DNA of 64,000 nucleotides from Azolla caroliniana (lineage: Eukaryota > Plantae > Polypodiophyta): NCBI GenBank assembly GCA_043228905.1, contig JBHGNT010000005.1, positions 682,001 to 746,000 of the forward strand, read 5' to 3'. Shown one piece after another: positions 1 through 10,808 of this stretch. How positions within the stretch are numbered: position 1 is the first letter of the stretch; the number at the start of each line of letters is the position of its first letter. The notes beneath the pieces were generated by a model. The model did not search any database. It was not told the origin of the DNA and was given only the letters and a program-made list of their open reading frames with translations. A program made the position numbers and the translations under genes.

Positions 1-679
1 AATTGAACTACATGCTAAAATACGAATCACAAGAATACACCAGAAAGACAAGATAAACAGATGTACACAGAGATTTACATGGAAACCCTAAAACAGGGAA
101 AACCACGGGTGAACAGATTTCTTCACTATACAAGTGGATATACAACACAGAGATGATTACAACACTCTCTGTAGAGTGCATCAGCCGCAGAGGGCTCTTC
201 GCGTCTACTGTTACACACACAGCTATGGTGCGGCTCTCACTCACACTCTCTCTCTCGCTCTCCTGCACACTACACTGTTTCTACACTATTCATCACACAC
301 TACATGTTTGCCCTAGTTGCATATATACTTACACAACGTTCTAGCTATTTACATACGTAGCCCTCATGGGGCGCACACTTACACTATTTACAAATATAGT
401 CTCTCGAGTTGGCTTTTTACACGATTCCGGTTTCGGCCTCGGCCGAGTCGCTCATCAACTCGGCTCCTCTCTCTTTCCCATATGGAGGGACTTGTTTCCA
501 CACATCATCATCATTATTATTACTATAATAATAATAATCATCGAATCTTCAAACAGTCGACTCACTGTTTTCGACTCTTTGATTGTCGACTTTCCGAACA
601 GTCGGATATTCCCTGTCATCGATTGTCGGCTTTCCGATCAATCGGTTCTTCCTCCCACTAGAGGGACATATTCCCAACA
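1..679 (-). mobile_element. Ty1/Copia-type LTR, running off the left edge of the window
   Basis: The minus strand begins TGTTGGGAATATGTCCC at 679 (TG start). It also contains CCCGTGGTTTTCCCTGTTTTAGGGTTTCCATGTAAATC (~108-71), a U5 motif typical of plant Copia LTRs. No coding part lies in the window. Confidence 0.65.
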
Positions 680-1756
680 TTTTATTCCTTTTGCATTGAA
701 GACAAAATTGGCGACCCCACTTCTTTATTTCCTATAAAAGGAGGTCGAGGGGGGCTCATTTGAGGAAGACGTTTTGGGAAGAGGAGACTATCGCCATTTT
801 TCCTTCAGAGCTCTTCATCTTCTTCTTCACCACTTCTCTTCATCTCTTCATACCCCTTCATCCCCTCATCGCCATGAGCTCGTCTTCTTCGCGTTGGCAC
901 TTGAAGTGCTCGTGAGCCCAAGCTTCGTTGGTTCAACGTTGCGAGCCCCGTTCGTCGTTGCGAGCCCGTATGCTCACCGTTCGGATGGTCATGGTTCGTT
1001 GGGGTTTGCATTTTGGTGGTGCTTGTGTGTTCATCTTTGCCGTGATCGGTTTTGCTCTTGTCTCTAAGGGCATTTAGTATTTCTGTTTTGATTGAGCTTG
1101 TGGTTGACTAGAAGTTGCCTTTGTAATCAAACCCAATTTTATAAAGGATCCTCTAGCGTTGGAATCGAACACATATTTATTTCTTTGGCTTATATCATTC
1201 ATGTTTCTTTCTTTCTTTGTCTGTGTCTTCCTTGTACGTTCGGCCATCTTGTGACGAGGGAGCGTTTCAGGCATACCCATGCACCTCTCCTCCTCATAAA
1301 GATGTACGGGCATTCGTGTTTGTGTTATCGTACCCTTGTGCGTTCATCTTGCGTACTCATCTTTGCTTGTACCCGTTTGATCACTTGGCTCGTGCGGTGA
1401 TCTCGAAAGGTCGACGAGTCGTGATCAACGAAAGCCGCCGACCTCACAAACAAAGGGCAACGAGCCTTTGCTCGGGAAGGGTTTGTAGAGAGGATTCGTA
1501 GAGTGAGTTCGTAGAGAGGGTTCGTAGAGTGAGTTGGTAGAGAGGATTCGTAGAGAGGATTTGTAGAGTGAGGATTCATAGAGAGGATTCGTAGAGTGAG
1601 TTAGTAGAGAGGATTTGTAGAGTGAGTTCAAAGAGTGCTTTATATTTATAAGATTTAAAATAAATAAATAATTAATTATTTGTCGCTTGAGTACTCCCTA
1701 GTCCAAGACCCCCGTGGTCCCGCCCAAGTAACACATGCACGCGAAACTTCGCGACA
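680..1756 (+). mobile_element. Probable 3' part of a Gypsy-type LTR related to the 5323-5998 LTR
   Basis: TATA-like CCTATAAAAGG at ~731 is followed by a pyrimidine-rich tract. The end, CCCCGTGGTCCCGCC...CGCGACA (1756), matches the end of the 5323-5998 LTR (CCCCGTGGTCCCGCC...TGCGACA). Homology to 10809 begins immediately afterwards. Confidence 0.45.
1484..1629 (+). repeat. 13-bp minisatellite (GTAGAGAGGATTC / GTAGAGTGAGTTC variants), about 11 units
   Basis: Directly visible tandem units. They explain the repetitive spurious ORFs 1325..1579 and 1425..1631. Confidence 0.9.
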
Positions 1757-1857
1757 ACGCCCCTCTCCCTACATAGGCATATGATAGGTAGAGGAGACTA
1801 AGAAGTGTTGTAACTAAGTGGATTTTACATACAATTAATATAATTGTGTGCTTTTAC

Positions 1858-1918
<61 letters not shown>

Positions 1919-2849
1919 ATGAACGACACACTAGGGATGATTAACACAAGTCTAGCTTAAAGACTTTCTCTATATTAATATGCATCAAGTTCAAAAATAC
2001 CTATAATGAGGTGTATATATATATCTCATGTGCAAGGGTGCCCATGTGTGAGGAGAATATAGGTATAAGGATGTATGTCCTATATATAAATGTACTTGGG
2101 AGTGGAGGATCTAGAATATATCCCACTTAAGTACAAAGTCCTATTTAAGGGTTTTAGGTCAACATACTAACTAGATTATATTTATGTAACTACTACGTTA
2201 CATAATTGATAAAATAACTAAACTTAGTTGAGCTTGATATCTCAACAAATATGACAAATGTTTTTTTGTTCCACAGTATGTCCCGTTTTGTACAAATCAC
2301 CGTTTGTATATTCGGTGTGTTTCTTGAGTACCAACTAACAATCGACAACGGTTCAGTTTGAACCGAACCGAACCACGAAACCACGGTTTAACGGCTTAAC
2401 GTTTTCAACTGTTAGGTTTAGGTTTAGGTCTTTTTTAACGGTTCAGTTCGATTTCAGTTTGGTTTCAACAGTCAAAACCCGAGGTTTAAACGGTTTAACG
2501 GTTTTTAATTTTTACTTTGTTTATTTGTTTTTAAAAAAATTCTAAAAAATTCTAAAAATTGTTTTTAAACAATTTTTTTAATTTTTACACCTTATTCTCA
2601 CATTTTAGGAACATCTTAAAAATTGTAAAAATTGTAAAAAATAATGAAATATTATAATTTTTAAAAAATTTAAAATTTGACCTATGTTGAAAACCGAAAC
2701 CGAACCACGAAACCGCGGTTTTTACGGTTTAATGGTTTCAAAAATGTTTAACGGTTCGGTTTCACGATTTCACGGTTGGGTTCGGTTTGGTTCAGGTTTC
2801 AAAAAAATTTAAACATTGTCGATTGTTAGTACTAGCCTTACATTGTGGA
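1757..2849 (+). repeat. Duplicated segment A (second copy at 10809-11883)
   Basis: Colinear, highly similar sequence from ACGCCCCTCTCCCTACAT to CATTGTGGA, including an (AG)n tract and a MITE at the same site in both copies. Confidence 0.9.
2336..2828. mobile_element. hAT-type MITE (family 1)
   Basis: TIRs TAACAATCGACAA...TTGTCGATTGTTA. Degenerate 8-bp TSD GTACCAAC/GTACTAGC. Many subterminal AAACCG/AAACGG/CGGTTT motifs, as in Ac/hAT elements, and an AT-rich core. Confidence 0.8.
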
Positions 2850-3480
2850 TATAAGCAATATAAGATATAAACTTACACCAACCTCCTTTTGGACATATGC
2901 TTGATTCCATGAAACACAACCATGATGTCTTATACTATTGTGCCATCTTTTGTTATTAAACATGGCCACACGGTATATGATATTTGTGAGCATGTGTGCA
3001 ATGTGTACATATGAACATGTCCCCAAAGTAATGTTGTAGCCATGTATTGTGCGTTGTAACATGGGATCTAAATTTGAGGTGCCATAACTTTATCGTACAT
3101 GTTCATTCATATCTGGTTCGGGTTTTTATTCCCAACTTTCAGAGGTGAAACTTGCAACTTGGGTAAGCTCTCTATAGATTGACTACAATTTATAAGATGA
3201 GAAAACCTTTTTAGGCATGCACAAATAACCTACATTTTCTCAAAAAATTGGTATAATCCTTATGTTGACTTGGCAAGAAAATTCACCTATACATGAAAAT
3301 GTATAAACTCAAACAAGAAAGAAGTTTACATCACTCCACATAACTCTCTATGAACGTGATGTCTCACTAAGGTATTTCACATTAACATGTATATTTTTGT
3401 TTTATCTTTTGCAAGAAAGCCTCTATTTTGTTGTAGTGTTAATAAGAATGAAGATGAAAAATGGTTTTCATGTATATTGT
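2850..3480 (+). repeat. Duplicated segment B (second copy at ~22903-23525, the 3' end of intron 3 of the RSP11-like gene)
   Basis: Near-identical colinear sequence from CAATATAAGATATAAAC to TTTTCATGTATATTGT. The ORF track gives almost the same spurious peptide for both copies (2838..3062 and 22872..23108). Confidence 0.9.
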
Positions 3481-5998
3481 TGAATCACCAAGAGGGAGTT
3501 CCACGACTCCATCGTAGACTTGGTGAAGCGTAAGAGGCTCTTGACGGAGCCAGAACCGGAGAAGCTGGTGGAGGTGCGGACTACGCACTTAGAAGACGCG
3601 GCCCTAGAAGACGAGTTGGCGGAAAGCCACTACGCGAAGTCGCATTGGGCCAGGGCAACTACGGAAACCTTGTGCGGATCGGCGACGTTCCGAAACCGGT
3701 GGTGGCCTTGGTAGACCATGGGTCCGAAATCAACCTGATGTCCATGGATTTCTACAAGAAGGGTAAATGGCCGATCAACACCAAGCATGGGTGGAAGATA
3801 CGCGCGGCGACTCGTGCTATGGAGGAGCTACATGGTGCGTGCCTGAATATACACGTGAAGGTCGGTGACGTCGAGATAGATAACCATTTCTTCGTGCAGG
3901 AAACATCCTCGCACCCGCTGATTCTCGGCGAACCATACATTATGGCAACGCGCATGGAGACGAAGGTGTTGGACAACGGTTCGGCGTACGCGCGCGTCAA
4001 GATCCAAGACGGTCGGCATTTCGTCCAATTCATGACCGTACGTCCGAACCATGAGAGGAATCGCGGGACCCTCAAGGCGTGGGGATTTTTAGAGAGGGCT
4101 CTCAAGGCGTGGGGCCATGGTAGTCCGGACGTATCGGAAGAACCCCACACATGTACAGTAGGTAGGAAGTTTTGGTTCTCCGAAAACGGAGGTTGTACTA
4201 TAGTCGGCGTTAGCGGCCGGGAAAGGAAGCGAGCGGAGGAGCGGCTTAGGGGATGCAGAGTCCTCTCCCCCAACGAAGAGATCAGCGGCGCCTGCGGTCC
4301 ATTTCAAGTGGATGGTGGACTTGGTGACGATGCCGATGGGAATAGGACAGATGCGATACCTGGTGCTTGCGTGGGAAGACTTAACGAACTAGGTGGAAGG
4401 CCGTGCACTGCAAAACAAGACAACCGCGGCGGTATGCCAGTTCCTGATCGAAGAGGTAGTGTGTCGGTACGGGTGCGTCGGGAGAATCGTGGTGGACCAG
4501 GGAGAGCTGGATGCGCGGGAAGCTGAGGAGTTGTTCGACCAGCTAGGGGTCAAACTCTCCCTCATTACGGCGTACAATCCGGAGGTGAACGGGAAGGTAG
4601 AACGTGGGCATGGGCCGATCGTAAAGGCGTTGGTGCGTGCGTGCGGAGGGCAGGTCGGGAATTGGCCGCGACTCCTTCCTTACGCACTATGGGCAGACCG
4701 AACTACACACAGTTCGGTGACAGGGTTTATGCCGACAGAGCTGATGTACGGACAGAAGCCGATCATGCCGGTGGAACGGACGGTTTCTTCATGGGTGGCG
4801 GTAGATTGGAAGGACGAGATGAGCCAGGAGGAGTTGCTGGCGGCGCGGATTCGGCAACTCGAGCAGAGGTCGGAGGACGTGAAACGGGCGAAGGAAAAGC
4901 TAAGGGCGGCAAGGGAGCGGAACAAGAGCCGGTTCGACCAGACGCACCGGTTGCGACTAAAGAAGATCGAGGAAGGCGACTGGGTCTTGGTATACGACAT
5001 CAGCCTCGACAATCAACACAAGGCAGTGCAAAAGTTCGCTAGGAGATGGTGCGGGCCCTACACGGTGACGAGAGCGAACGACAACGGCACGTACCACCTA
5101 GCGGAACTCGACGGGACACAGTTAACGGTACCGGTGGCCGGAAAGCGGATCAAAGCGTTCAAGAAGCGGTTCGAAGATGAGTCGGAGCGGGCGAGCGAGA
5201 GCGACGACGACGATCGGTTCGGGCCTGGTGGAGAATCGGAGAGCGACGAGTGAAGCCGGTTTTCCTCGGTATCTACCCATCTCTGGCGCATGCCGGTGGA
5301 TGCGCGGTTTGGTGGGGGTGGATGTCGTGAAGAAAACCGGCCATAGGCGGAATCGAAGAAAAAGGCGAATGAACCGGCGCTCACATAGGTGAACACGAGA
5401 ATTGATATTGTGGACATAATTCATAATTAGGTCGGTTGATGTAAATACTAGGTAGTAGATATTTATTAGAAGATTGGTCCGTATCTCTGTAAAAAGGGAC
5501 AGGGAATAAAGCGATTTGACTAGGGAAGAACGGTCCCCTTTTGGCGAACTATTTGAGGGAGGAGATGATCGCACGTTGGGGGAGGAGGAAATGTTGTTGT
5601 AGAACTAAGTGTCGAGCTCTCTCTTCTCCGTCGATCGTCGGTCTCTGTGGGATCGGGAGTTCGCTGCCTCTGCTTCGTGGATAGCCCGTACGCTTCCAAC
5701 TGAGGCTCTCCCCTTTTTGTTCTTTGAGTCGAGTGTGTTCTGTCTGTGTGCGTGAGTAGGATCCCCGTGTCGGGTCCTTCGCCGCCTTGTCGGTTGTAAT
5801 CGTTAGAGTTTGCAATCTCTGGATATTGTAATCCACTGTTACTGTAATTAAGTGTGCCGTTTGTTTCTCTTTCCTTCTCCCTGTTGCGTATCTGCAAGAC
5901 TTCTCTTCTCTTCTCTCTCTCTCTCTCTCTCTCACTCCTCGGTTCAAGGCCCCCGTGGTCCCGCCTCTTTCTACACACACGCGCGTAACAATGCGACA
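3481..5998 (+). mobile_element. 5'-truncated, internally deleted Ty3/Gypsy LTR retrotransposon (gag end, protease, integrase, PPT, 3' LTR; no RT or RNase H)
   Basis: GC-rich island. Aspartic-protease-like VVALVDHGSEINLM (~3700). Integrase core from ~4297 (FKWMVDLVTMP...RYLVLAWEDLTN*VEGRAL...IVVDQGE...YNPEVNGKVERGH) with a C-terminal WCGPY motif, ending at 5253. Purine tract GGTGGGGGTGGA at 5311-5322 precedes the LTR. Frameshifts and an in-frame stop are present. Confidence 0.9.
5323..5998 (+). repeat. 3' LTR of the Gypsy element (676 bp)
   Basis: Inverted termini TGTCG...CGACA directly after the PPT. Confidence 0.8.
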
Positions 5999-7166
5999 AC
6001 GTTGTCTCACATTGTCTATATGTATGCCACGTGTATCGTCTTTATGTATGTGTGCACCTATGTCTTTATTTTAGGAAGATGAACATACTCCTTGATCTTT
6101 GAAGATGTTAACGTATGCCAACATCTACGTAGAGTTTTGGATGAATAAAATAATTTTAGCCTCTAGAGTAAGCATACCAAGATAAGAGCAGATCTTGAAG
6201 CCAAATGGGAGGCTATTTGATTGTGTATTTGAAGAAATACCCAGAAGAAGGTGTAGAGTTTAAGAGTTTCATCAGCGGAGAAATATCAGCACGGTGGGAG
6301 AAAGCTCTTCCCATGAGTCCTTCTATAAGGTTGGTAATAGGGTTGTTTCTTAAATTGGGATTTTTCTCATGAATAAATAACATTTTGTTGGTGAAATTGC
6401 AAATATACACTCTAGAGACACCTAGAGATGCCAGTAGGAACCTCTCATAAATATGTCTTATTGCACTAGCCAAGGTTCTCCCTAGGCTTCTTGGGGGTAG
6501 TGTTGATCTTGCTTCATCAAACATGACTCTATTGAAGATGTTCTAGAACAAAATCACTCAAGAACCAGTTCATAGTCCTAACTAAAACATGAGCTAATCT
6601 TTTATTAAGTGGATTGTATGCCTCTATCCTCATGATGTCAAAACGGATTGTATGCCTTTATTAAATCGTATGCCTTCATCCTCATGTTATTGTGTATCTC
6701 AAAAAAAAATAAAAAAATTGAAATAATGTTCACCTTGGTATTAATGGAAAGATGCCGAAAGGGTACAACGAATTCATACAATATATTACAACCCTCATAT
6801 CCACATGAACCAGCATGTCAAGTATCAAAAGCCCTCATGTAGGGTTGTTCCAAGACAGGGGGGGTGGAAAAGGGCATCTTGGTGGAGCATATCTCCACTT
6901 TATTCTTTCTCCAAAAGAGGTGAAGACCTCAACATTTTTCCAAATTTCTCGAAATTGTTGTTGTTTACGAATCACAACCTCAAGCCCACCAATTATTGCA
7001 TCATATTGTCCTCTTAAAGTATGTAAGAGCATTAACCACACCCCTTTGATTAACTCAAAAAACATTCTTAATCAACTTATTAATAATTAGTTAATTAAGG
7101 GTTAATCAATACCTAATTATGTGAGTAGTTAATCACGTATGTGATTAAGCAATGGAAGACTATGTG

Positions 7167-7207
<41 letters not shown>

Positions 7208-7208
<1 letters not shown>

Positions 7209-10200
7209 TAGATAGATAGATTATATTATCGTCTTCGGAGGACAAATATGATCTATGAAATCAAAAATATTACATTTCATGTGATACATGTGAAAGTGAG
7301 TAGTGACTCTCGATGTTCAAGAACTTTACCAATGAATGTTGCACTTGAGAGTGCACATTGTTATTGTGAGAGAAGTTCGTGCAAGGATTGGGCTCGATCA
7401 AAGAGATGTGGAAAGCATGGTCAAATATGATCAAAGGTAAAGCATGGTATCAAAGTGTGATACTCAGACTCGCGAACTTGTTTAGGGTAGAGTGTGCATA
7501 GCCGACCACTTTCATCACTTGTGCCCCAATGCCATGTTTCACATCGCAATGCATGGAAGAAATGGTTCGAATGGCAAATAACGGGATGGGCTCTAACATG
7601 TATCGATGTGTACAGTTTCCCTGTTCTACAAAGAATATGGTTTTTTAGTTAGGTGTAACATGTGTAGTATAATGTGTGAAGCGTGAGCCTCCAATTTGTC
7701 CCATGTCATGATACATTGGTGTTGCAAAAAGGCCTCATTTAGTGATGCATCATGAAGCAAGTATCTCGCATCCCATCTACCAAACCATTTTTCTATATCT
7801 TGCATCAAACTGGAACACAAAATTTTGCTTTTATGCGTCTTTTAGATTTTTTTGCTTGCTTCCTGTTGAGCGGCAAGCTCAACTGGAGCCGGATCGGCTG
7901 GATAAGCCTGAGCCGGTGAGTGAGACGGATCGGTAAGCCGGTGAGCAACCGAGCCGGCAAGCAACAGAGCCGGTGAACTGGGGAACCGGATAGCCGGATC
8001 CAATCGGTAACCGGAAGCCTAGTATTAGTTTAGACTACTAGGCAGTTATAGTCTCGTAGTAAGTGTCAGATGCTCGTGTGAGCATTGAAGTACGCGGTAC
8101 TTTTGTTAGTCCCACGAGGACTTGTATAAATAACGCTACTGAGCATAGTTGTAACTATAGAGTGTTTATATTGTTTTAAATATAGATTTTGCGTTCTGCT
8201 CTCTCCCGTGTACTCTGTGTATTCTCTGCTTTCTCTGTTTTCTAACGCTTCCACAAGTAATCGTTTTCATGGTATTAGAGCGCGAGGGTTGAGAACCTCT
8301 GCAGCCGACAAACGCTTGAAAGCAAACCCTAACAGGTCGTAAGAACAACAGACAGAGAAGTGATGGATAGAGGAATGGCTAGCTCGCTCCCTATGGAGAA
8401 ACTCAACAGATCCAACTACGCATCTTGGTCGTACAAGATGCACTAGTATATGCTTGGGCATGGCTACTGGAGTTTCGTCGAAGGAGCCAACGAAACAACA
8501 CCTGATGCGGCACATAAGGATTTCCCAGTGTGGGAACAATCGGCAAGCAGAGTGATGTACTACTTCGCGTCCAGTGTCGGAGACCAGTTGCTGAGCCACA
8601 TTCGAGACGCCAAGATACCGAAGAAGGCTTAGGGAAACCTGAAGAAGGTTTTCGCCGCGAGCACTACAGCCCGGAAGCTGCAACTCCGACAAGAGTTCAG
8701 CAATGTCCGATAGAAGGACATGTCGGTGGCGGATTACACGGCCCGGATCAAAGAGATCTGTGAATCCTTTGCCTCTAACAACGTTACCGTAGAGGAAGAC
8801 GAGATGGTACAGGTCTATCTTGGGGGCCTGGCATCTAAGTTCAGAGCATTCCGAATGGCGGTATGTACAAGGGAGAATACGCCGTCATTTTTCGACTTAC
8901 AGTCGATGCTCCTTATAGAGGAGAACCACGCCGGTGGGTCAACTAGCGCACCCATTGATAGCCGGATGTTGTACACGGAAGCGGATCGGTCCTGTGGGCG
9001 TGGTGGACGAGGCGGGTCGGCACGCAATTGAGGCGGCCGACAAGACCAGGAACAAAGGCATAGAGAACGTGCCGATAGCAGTTCCGGACCCTCCGAGAGC
9101 AGGGGGAGTCATGGAGGCACCGGAAGACAGCAAGAGAAGACTGCAACAGAATGTTGGTACTGTGGCAAAAAGGGCCACAGAGAAAGCGAGTGCTGGAGAA
9201 AACATGTCGATTCGAACAAATCCAGATCCGGCAAGGCCGGCAAGGATGGTCGGCAAAGCTCGCACTACGCGAAGGGATTGGGAGGATCCAAGAACGGTAA
9301 CAGGCCAACCTTGGTGATGCAGCACGAGGCGAACTCGATGAAGAAGCCCACTTCCAAATCGGAGGAAGTGTGGTATGTTGATTCCGGTGCGTCGAACCAC
9401 ATGACGAGCCACAAAGAGTGGTTCTCCTTTTTGGTGAAACCGGATCAACCAGGAGTAGTCGAAACCGGAGATGACACTCCTCACCCAATCGTGCTCGTCG
9501 GAGAAGTCCCTTTGAGCCACGTCAGACAAAAGGGGAAGTTGATGAACGTATTACACGTTCCGACAATCACGAAGAACCTGGTGTCGGTCGGACAGATCGT
9601 CGACCAAGGGATGCAGGTGTGGTTTACGCACCTCGGGTGCTTCATCGAGGAAGAGGGCCAGATTATTGCACAAGGGCGCAGAGACGGAAGGATGTTTATC
9701 CTCGACACCAATGACATCGGCACCGCTCTGTTTGCAAAAGGACAGAAGGTGAGCTGGGGAGCTGGATAGCCAGATCCAATAGCGCTAGGCAGTTATAGTC
9801 TCGTAGTAAGTGTCAGATGCTCGTGTGAGCATTGAAGTACGCGGTACTTTTGTCAGTCCCACGAGGACTTGTATAAATAGCGCTATTGAGCATAGTTGTA
9901 ACTACATAGTGTTTATATTGTTTTGAATATAGCTTTTGCGTTCTGCTTTGTCTTTCTCTCCCGTGTACTCTGTGTATTCTCTACTTTCTCTGTTTTCTAA
10001 CGCTTCCGCAAGTAATCGTTTTCACTTCCCATGCAATTCTAGGAAAGTCGATGTGAGGGACTTTTTTGAACCTTAAGCATGTATTCAACAACCCTTTCCA
10101 TGACCATGATCTCAATGGGAAACGATCCAGTCTCAAGTAGAAGGAGGGTGTAGGGCGTTTGTTTCTTAACTTGTAGAAACTTTGTAAGAAAATGTTTTTG

Positions 10201-10407
10201 GACATTTTCAAACTCTTTCCACGTAAATTTAGGGATGGTACCGCCCCATACTTCCAAGTTCCACCCCATAGAGAAGAACTGGTGTCACCAAAGTGTCGAA
10301 AAGATATTTCTTAAGGACCCAACACTTAATATCTCCATGATTGCATGTGTTCTCAAATGCATAGTATGCTCGCTTACCCGCCTCTAAGCGGTGTGTAACA
10401 CATTTGT

Positions 10408-10408
<1 letters not shown>
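7208..10408 (-). mobile_element. 5'-truncated non-LTR retrotransposon (RTE/RTEX-like LINE), split by the Copia insertion (LINE parts 7208-7863 and 10025-10408)
   Basis: Minus-strand RT C-terminus THRLEAGKRAYYAF...KKYLFDTLVTPVLLYGVE..WG..FTWKEFENVQKHFL...PRIAWE continues across the Copia TSD as ASKK...DIEKWFGRWDA. A degenerate Cys/His knuckle (RLCTL...ESEYHTLIPC) follows, then a 3' end with an (ATCT)n tail at ~7208-7220. Frameshifted. Confidence 0.8.
7864..10024 (+). mobile_element. Internally deleted Ty1/Copia LTR retrotransposon with 5-bp TSD CTTCC
   Basis: 5' LTR 7864-8269 (TGTTGAG...TTTTCA). PBS TGGTATTAGAGC (tRNA-iMet type) at 8270. Gag from ATG ~8363 (EKLNRSNYASW...) with premature TAGs, Zn knuckle CWYCGKKGHRESEC and protease WYVDSGASNHMT. 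It jumps at ~9750 into a partial 3' LTR ending at 10024. CTTCC occurs at 7859-7863 and 10025-10029. Confidence 0.93.
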
Positions 10409-10454
<46 letters not shown>

Positions 10455-10808
10455 GTACACATAAGTTCATTAAATGTCCTATAACATGTACCATTTGGAA
10501 GTACTTATCGGACATTTGGCAAGTTTTAACCTGTTGTTGTTTGAGACCTCAACAATGGGTTTTTTCTCAATATTTTTTCAAAATGGATGAAATGATGAGA
10601 TGAAAATATTGTTCCAAATTTTACGTTATTGGGGTCTACAACACAATTAGAATATGCGTAGTGCTTTCATGTTTGATAATAGACATGGGGTGAAAGCCTA
10701 TATGTATAAAGAAGCTTAAAGGTATTCTCATGTCGAATTTTTGGATGTTAGAGCATGTGGGGATCATGTCCTCAAATGCATATTCAGGTTTTTTAATAGC
10801 ATTACAGA

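Noticed and set aside
1484-1629. Regularly spaced short repeats resembling a CRISPR array
   Set aside because: Head-to-tail 13-bp units without unique spacers, in a eukaryotic context with no cas genes.
3752-5999. Long antisense and alternate-frame ORFs over the Gypsy element
   Set aside because: Shadow ORFs of GC-rich TE sequence with no recognisable domains.
6213-6524. 103-aa minus-strand ORF between the Gypsy LTR and the LINE
   Set aside because: No recognisable motif or splice structure. Probably decayed repeat.
8815-9723. Antisense ORFs of 70-196 aa over Copia gag/protease
   Set aside because: Shadow ORFs. The plus strand carries the recognisable Copia motifs.
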